Below are positions 62,222 through 64,000 of a stretch of 64,000 nucleotides of DNA, piece by piece. Both the position numbers and the translations under genes were made by a program. Positions within the stretch are counted from its first letter, which is position 1. Each line of letters begins with the position of its first letter. Below the pieces are notes generated by a model. It worked only from the letters and a program-made list of their open reading frames with translations. It was not told where the DNA came from and did not search any database. Source of the stretch: Candidatus Poriferihabitaceae bacterium (GTDB lineage: Bacteria > Pseudomonadota > Gammaproteobacteria > Arenicellales > Poriferihabitantaceae); assembly GCA_965203265.1 (NCBI GenBank), contig CBDBBV010000002.1, positions 1,810,773 to 1,874,772 of the forward strand, in the 5' to 3' direction.

Positions 62222-64000
62222 TCAGAAGCGCGCCTCTCCCTTCAATAAAACTGCGTGGTCGGCGTTCGTATTTTCCGATTCGCGGCGTTCTCCGTGCAGG
62301 CGCAGGGTGAACGGGAATGGCCCGCCGGAAGCCCAATCCAATCCTAGGCGATACAGTTTGCCGTTTTCTTGCAAGGTCAGGCCGCTCCACGGGGTCAGCA
62401 GGCCGTTTCGTTCGCCGGGGGACGATAGGCCGTAGCCTAGGCGTATTTCCAGCCGTCCGCTTGGGTCGTTGGTGGGCGCAGAGATGTCCCCGCGCAGGCC
62501 GTTCGACCAGATCTGGCCGGTGTTGCTCGCGCCGTTGCCGTTGCCATAGCCGGGGCTCATTACGAAGGATAGGCCCTGCCCATCGGCGCCGGGGGAGTTG
62601 CGTAGGGTGGCTTGGATTCCCCATTCCTCGTAGTCGTTGCGGCCGACAAGGGCGTGGGCTGTGGCGGAGGCGTTTATGCCGGTTTGCGGGTTGGTGTAGC
62701 GCACGCCGGTGGTGATTTCCGCGCCCGCGCCGGTGTGGCCGTCTCCGCCGTCGTGGCGCATGCCGAAGGAGAATGACGGGGAAAGGTGGCCGCCGTTGGT
62801 GAGGCTTCGCGTGCGGCTGGCTTCGGCGGCTAGGCGCATGAGGGTGGCGTCTACCGTGAGAGCGGCGGTTTGTTCGCTCCTCTCCACTTCCATCTCGGTT
62901 TGCGTGAATTCTCCCTTGAGGCGCACGGTGGCGGTGTTGTCGGAGTTCGACCACAACAAGCCACTGCCGCCGGTGCCGATGGAACGCAGATTTACATCGC
63001 TGGCTGTGGCCGTGCTGCCTTCGGGGGTGATTTCCACTTCGCCCGTGCCGTAACCGGCGGTGGCCCACCAACTCAGCGCGCCTGAACGCCAGCCGAGGTA
63101 GGGGTGGATGGCTTGTAGGTCGATTTCGTAGTCGCCCTGGCCACCGCCTTCGCCGGTGTCTTGGTAGTCGAACTCGCCCTGACTCCAAGACAAGGCGACA
63201 CCGGCCAGCAGGTTTTCCCGCAGTTTGCTATCTACGCCGATTTGCGCACCGTGCAGGTTGCCGTCGAATTCCAACCCGTCGTTTTCGCCGGAGAGGTTGC
63301 GGTATTCTCCACTGCCCCACAGGGAGGTCTTGCGCACACCGTCTCCGCGACTACTTTCGGTGTGAAACGGCAGGACGAAGTTGCTGCCGTGCAACAGGTC
63401 GCGAACGGGGCGGTTTTCGTTGATCAAGCCCAGCGCATGAGTTTGCAAGACGCCCGCGAGGGAACTTTGGCCGCCGAGATTGGCCGAGGCGGTGTTGCCG
63501 CCGCCATTTAGCACTTGCCCAACCCGCGCCGAAATGGCGCCGGTTACCCGACCGGCCACGGCGCGCGCCACTTCGGGTAGGGCGGCGCGATGCAGTTGCT
63601 CGGCTTGTAACGGCGACACGACTTCGATCACGAGGGGATCAGCGGTCAGGCGGTAGGTGCCGCTCATGATGGGGTCGACCGCCGTGAGTTCGATTTTGGT
63701 GCCGATGTCGGCGTCCTCGCTCACCGTGAGGGTAGCGGCGGCGGTGCTGGTCTTGGTGCCGCTGGTGATGGTGAGGGTGCGCGGCGCGAGTGTGAGTGTA
63801 TAAGTGCCCGAAGGTCTGCTCATCGGATCGGCCAGCATGACCACGGTATCGACGGGTGCGTTTTCGTCAATGGCCGCCGTGATCGTCGCCTTCTCGCCCG
63901 GACTCACACGCAGGGTATCTGCCAAGAGGGTCAGGGTGCTTGGGGCGGCGGCTTCGGTGATGGTTATCGTCACCGAGTTGGGGCTGCCGGCGGTTACCGT
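62222..64000 (-). CDS. autotransporter outer-membrane protein (beta-barrel domain plus part of passenger), 5' end beyond window
   Basis: The C-terminal ~280 aa have alternating beta-strand pattern and end in ...AVLLKGEARF (terminal Phe). The frame stays open upstream of 63973 to the window edge. Confidence 0.75.
   Translation of the reverse strand, partial: TVTAGSPNSVTITITEAAAPSTLTLLADTLRVSPGEKATITAAIDENAPVDTVVMLADPMSRPSGTYTLTLAPRTLTITSGTKTSTAAATLTVSEDADIGTKIELTAVDPIMSGTYRLTADPLVIEVVSPLQAEQLHRAALPEVARAVAGRVTGAISARVGQVLNGGGNTASANLGGQSSLAGVLQTHALGLINENRPVRDLLHGSNFVLPFHTESSRGDGVRKTSLWGSGEYRNLSGENDGLEFDGNLHGAQIGVDSKLRENLLAGVALSWSQGEFDYQDTGEGGGQGDYEIDLQAIHPYLGWRSGALSWWATAGYGTGEVEITPEGSTATASDVNLRSIGTGGSGLLWSNSDNTATVRLKGEFTQTEMEVERSEQTAALTVDATLMRLAAEASRTRSLTNGGHLSPSFSFGMRHDGGDGHTGAGAEITTGVRYTNPQTGINASATAHALVGRNDYEEWGIQATLRNSPGADGQGLSFVMSPGYGNGNGASNTGQIWSNGLRGDISAPTNDPSGRLEIRLGYGLSSPGERNGLLTPWSGLTLQENGKLYRLGLDWASGGPFPFTLRLHGERRESENTNADHAVLLKGEARF

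Overview
This is a high-GC chromosomal segment (roughly 60-67% GC by eye, not computed) that looks gammaproteobacterial and is densely packed with housekeeping genes. These include a PPTase, a pcm-like gene with tolC, PPi-phosphofructokinase, membrane pyrophosphatase, split class II ribonucleotide reductase nrdJa/nrdJb, waaF, ilvE and gmk-rpoZ-spoT. Further along are nagZ, gcdH, DUF971-ubiE-ubiJ-ubiB, hemB, cysQ, msrA, dacB, gltA and a long-form ileS. The window ends with sugar-nucleotide genes, valS-holC-pepA divergent from lptF-lptG, an mscS-family gene, a crp/fnr-family gene, pgsA, hda, a wrbA-like gene, argF and a partial autotransporter.

Four visibly AT-rich patches interrupt this background.
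- Patch 1 (4709-8228) is a minus-strand operon directly downstream of hppA. It encodes a beta-class SPPY DNA methyltransferase followed by two paralogous 420-450 aa PD-(D/E)XK nuclease-family proteins.
- Patch 2 (29569-32291) starts 1 nt behind hemB. It holds two tandem, mosaic genes that each fuse a beta-class DPPF DNA methyltransferase to a C-terminal HNH nuclease, and each is followed by a 54-aa ORF. The tandem unit carries a copy of the hemB 3' end, and all five reading frames are chained by overlapping stop/start codons.
- Both of these restriction-modification-like cassettes lack any recombinase gene and any visible promoter space. I rank them as the most likely candidates for an undescribed system.
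- The other two AT-rich patches are single genes: a SAM methyltransferase (34457-35197) and a secreted protein (46000-46473).

Other notable points:
- An IS481-family element sits upstream of gltA, and its transposase frame runs without a stop into gltA.
- IleRS reads G-I-H-H where the class I HxGH signature is expected.
- A 9-unit heptamer repeat precedes rpoZ, and 9-12 bp tandem repeats recur at gene boundaries.
- Candidate tandem NrdR boxes lie upstream of nrdJ.

I saw no rRNA gene, tRNA gene or CRISPR array. All calls come from reading the sequence and the ORF translations; no database search was run.
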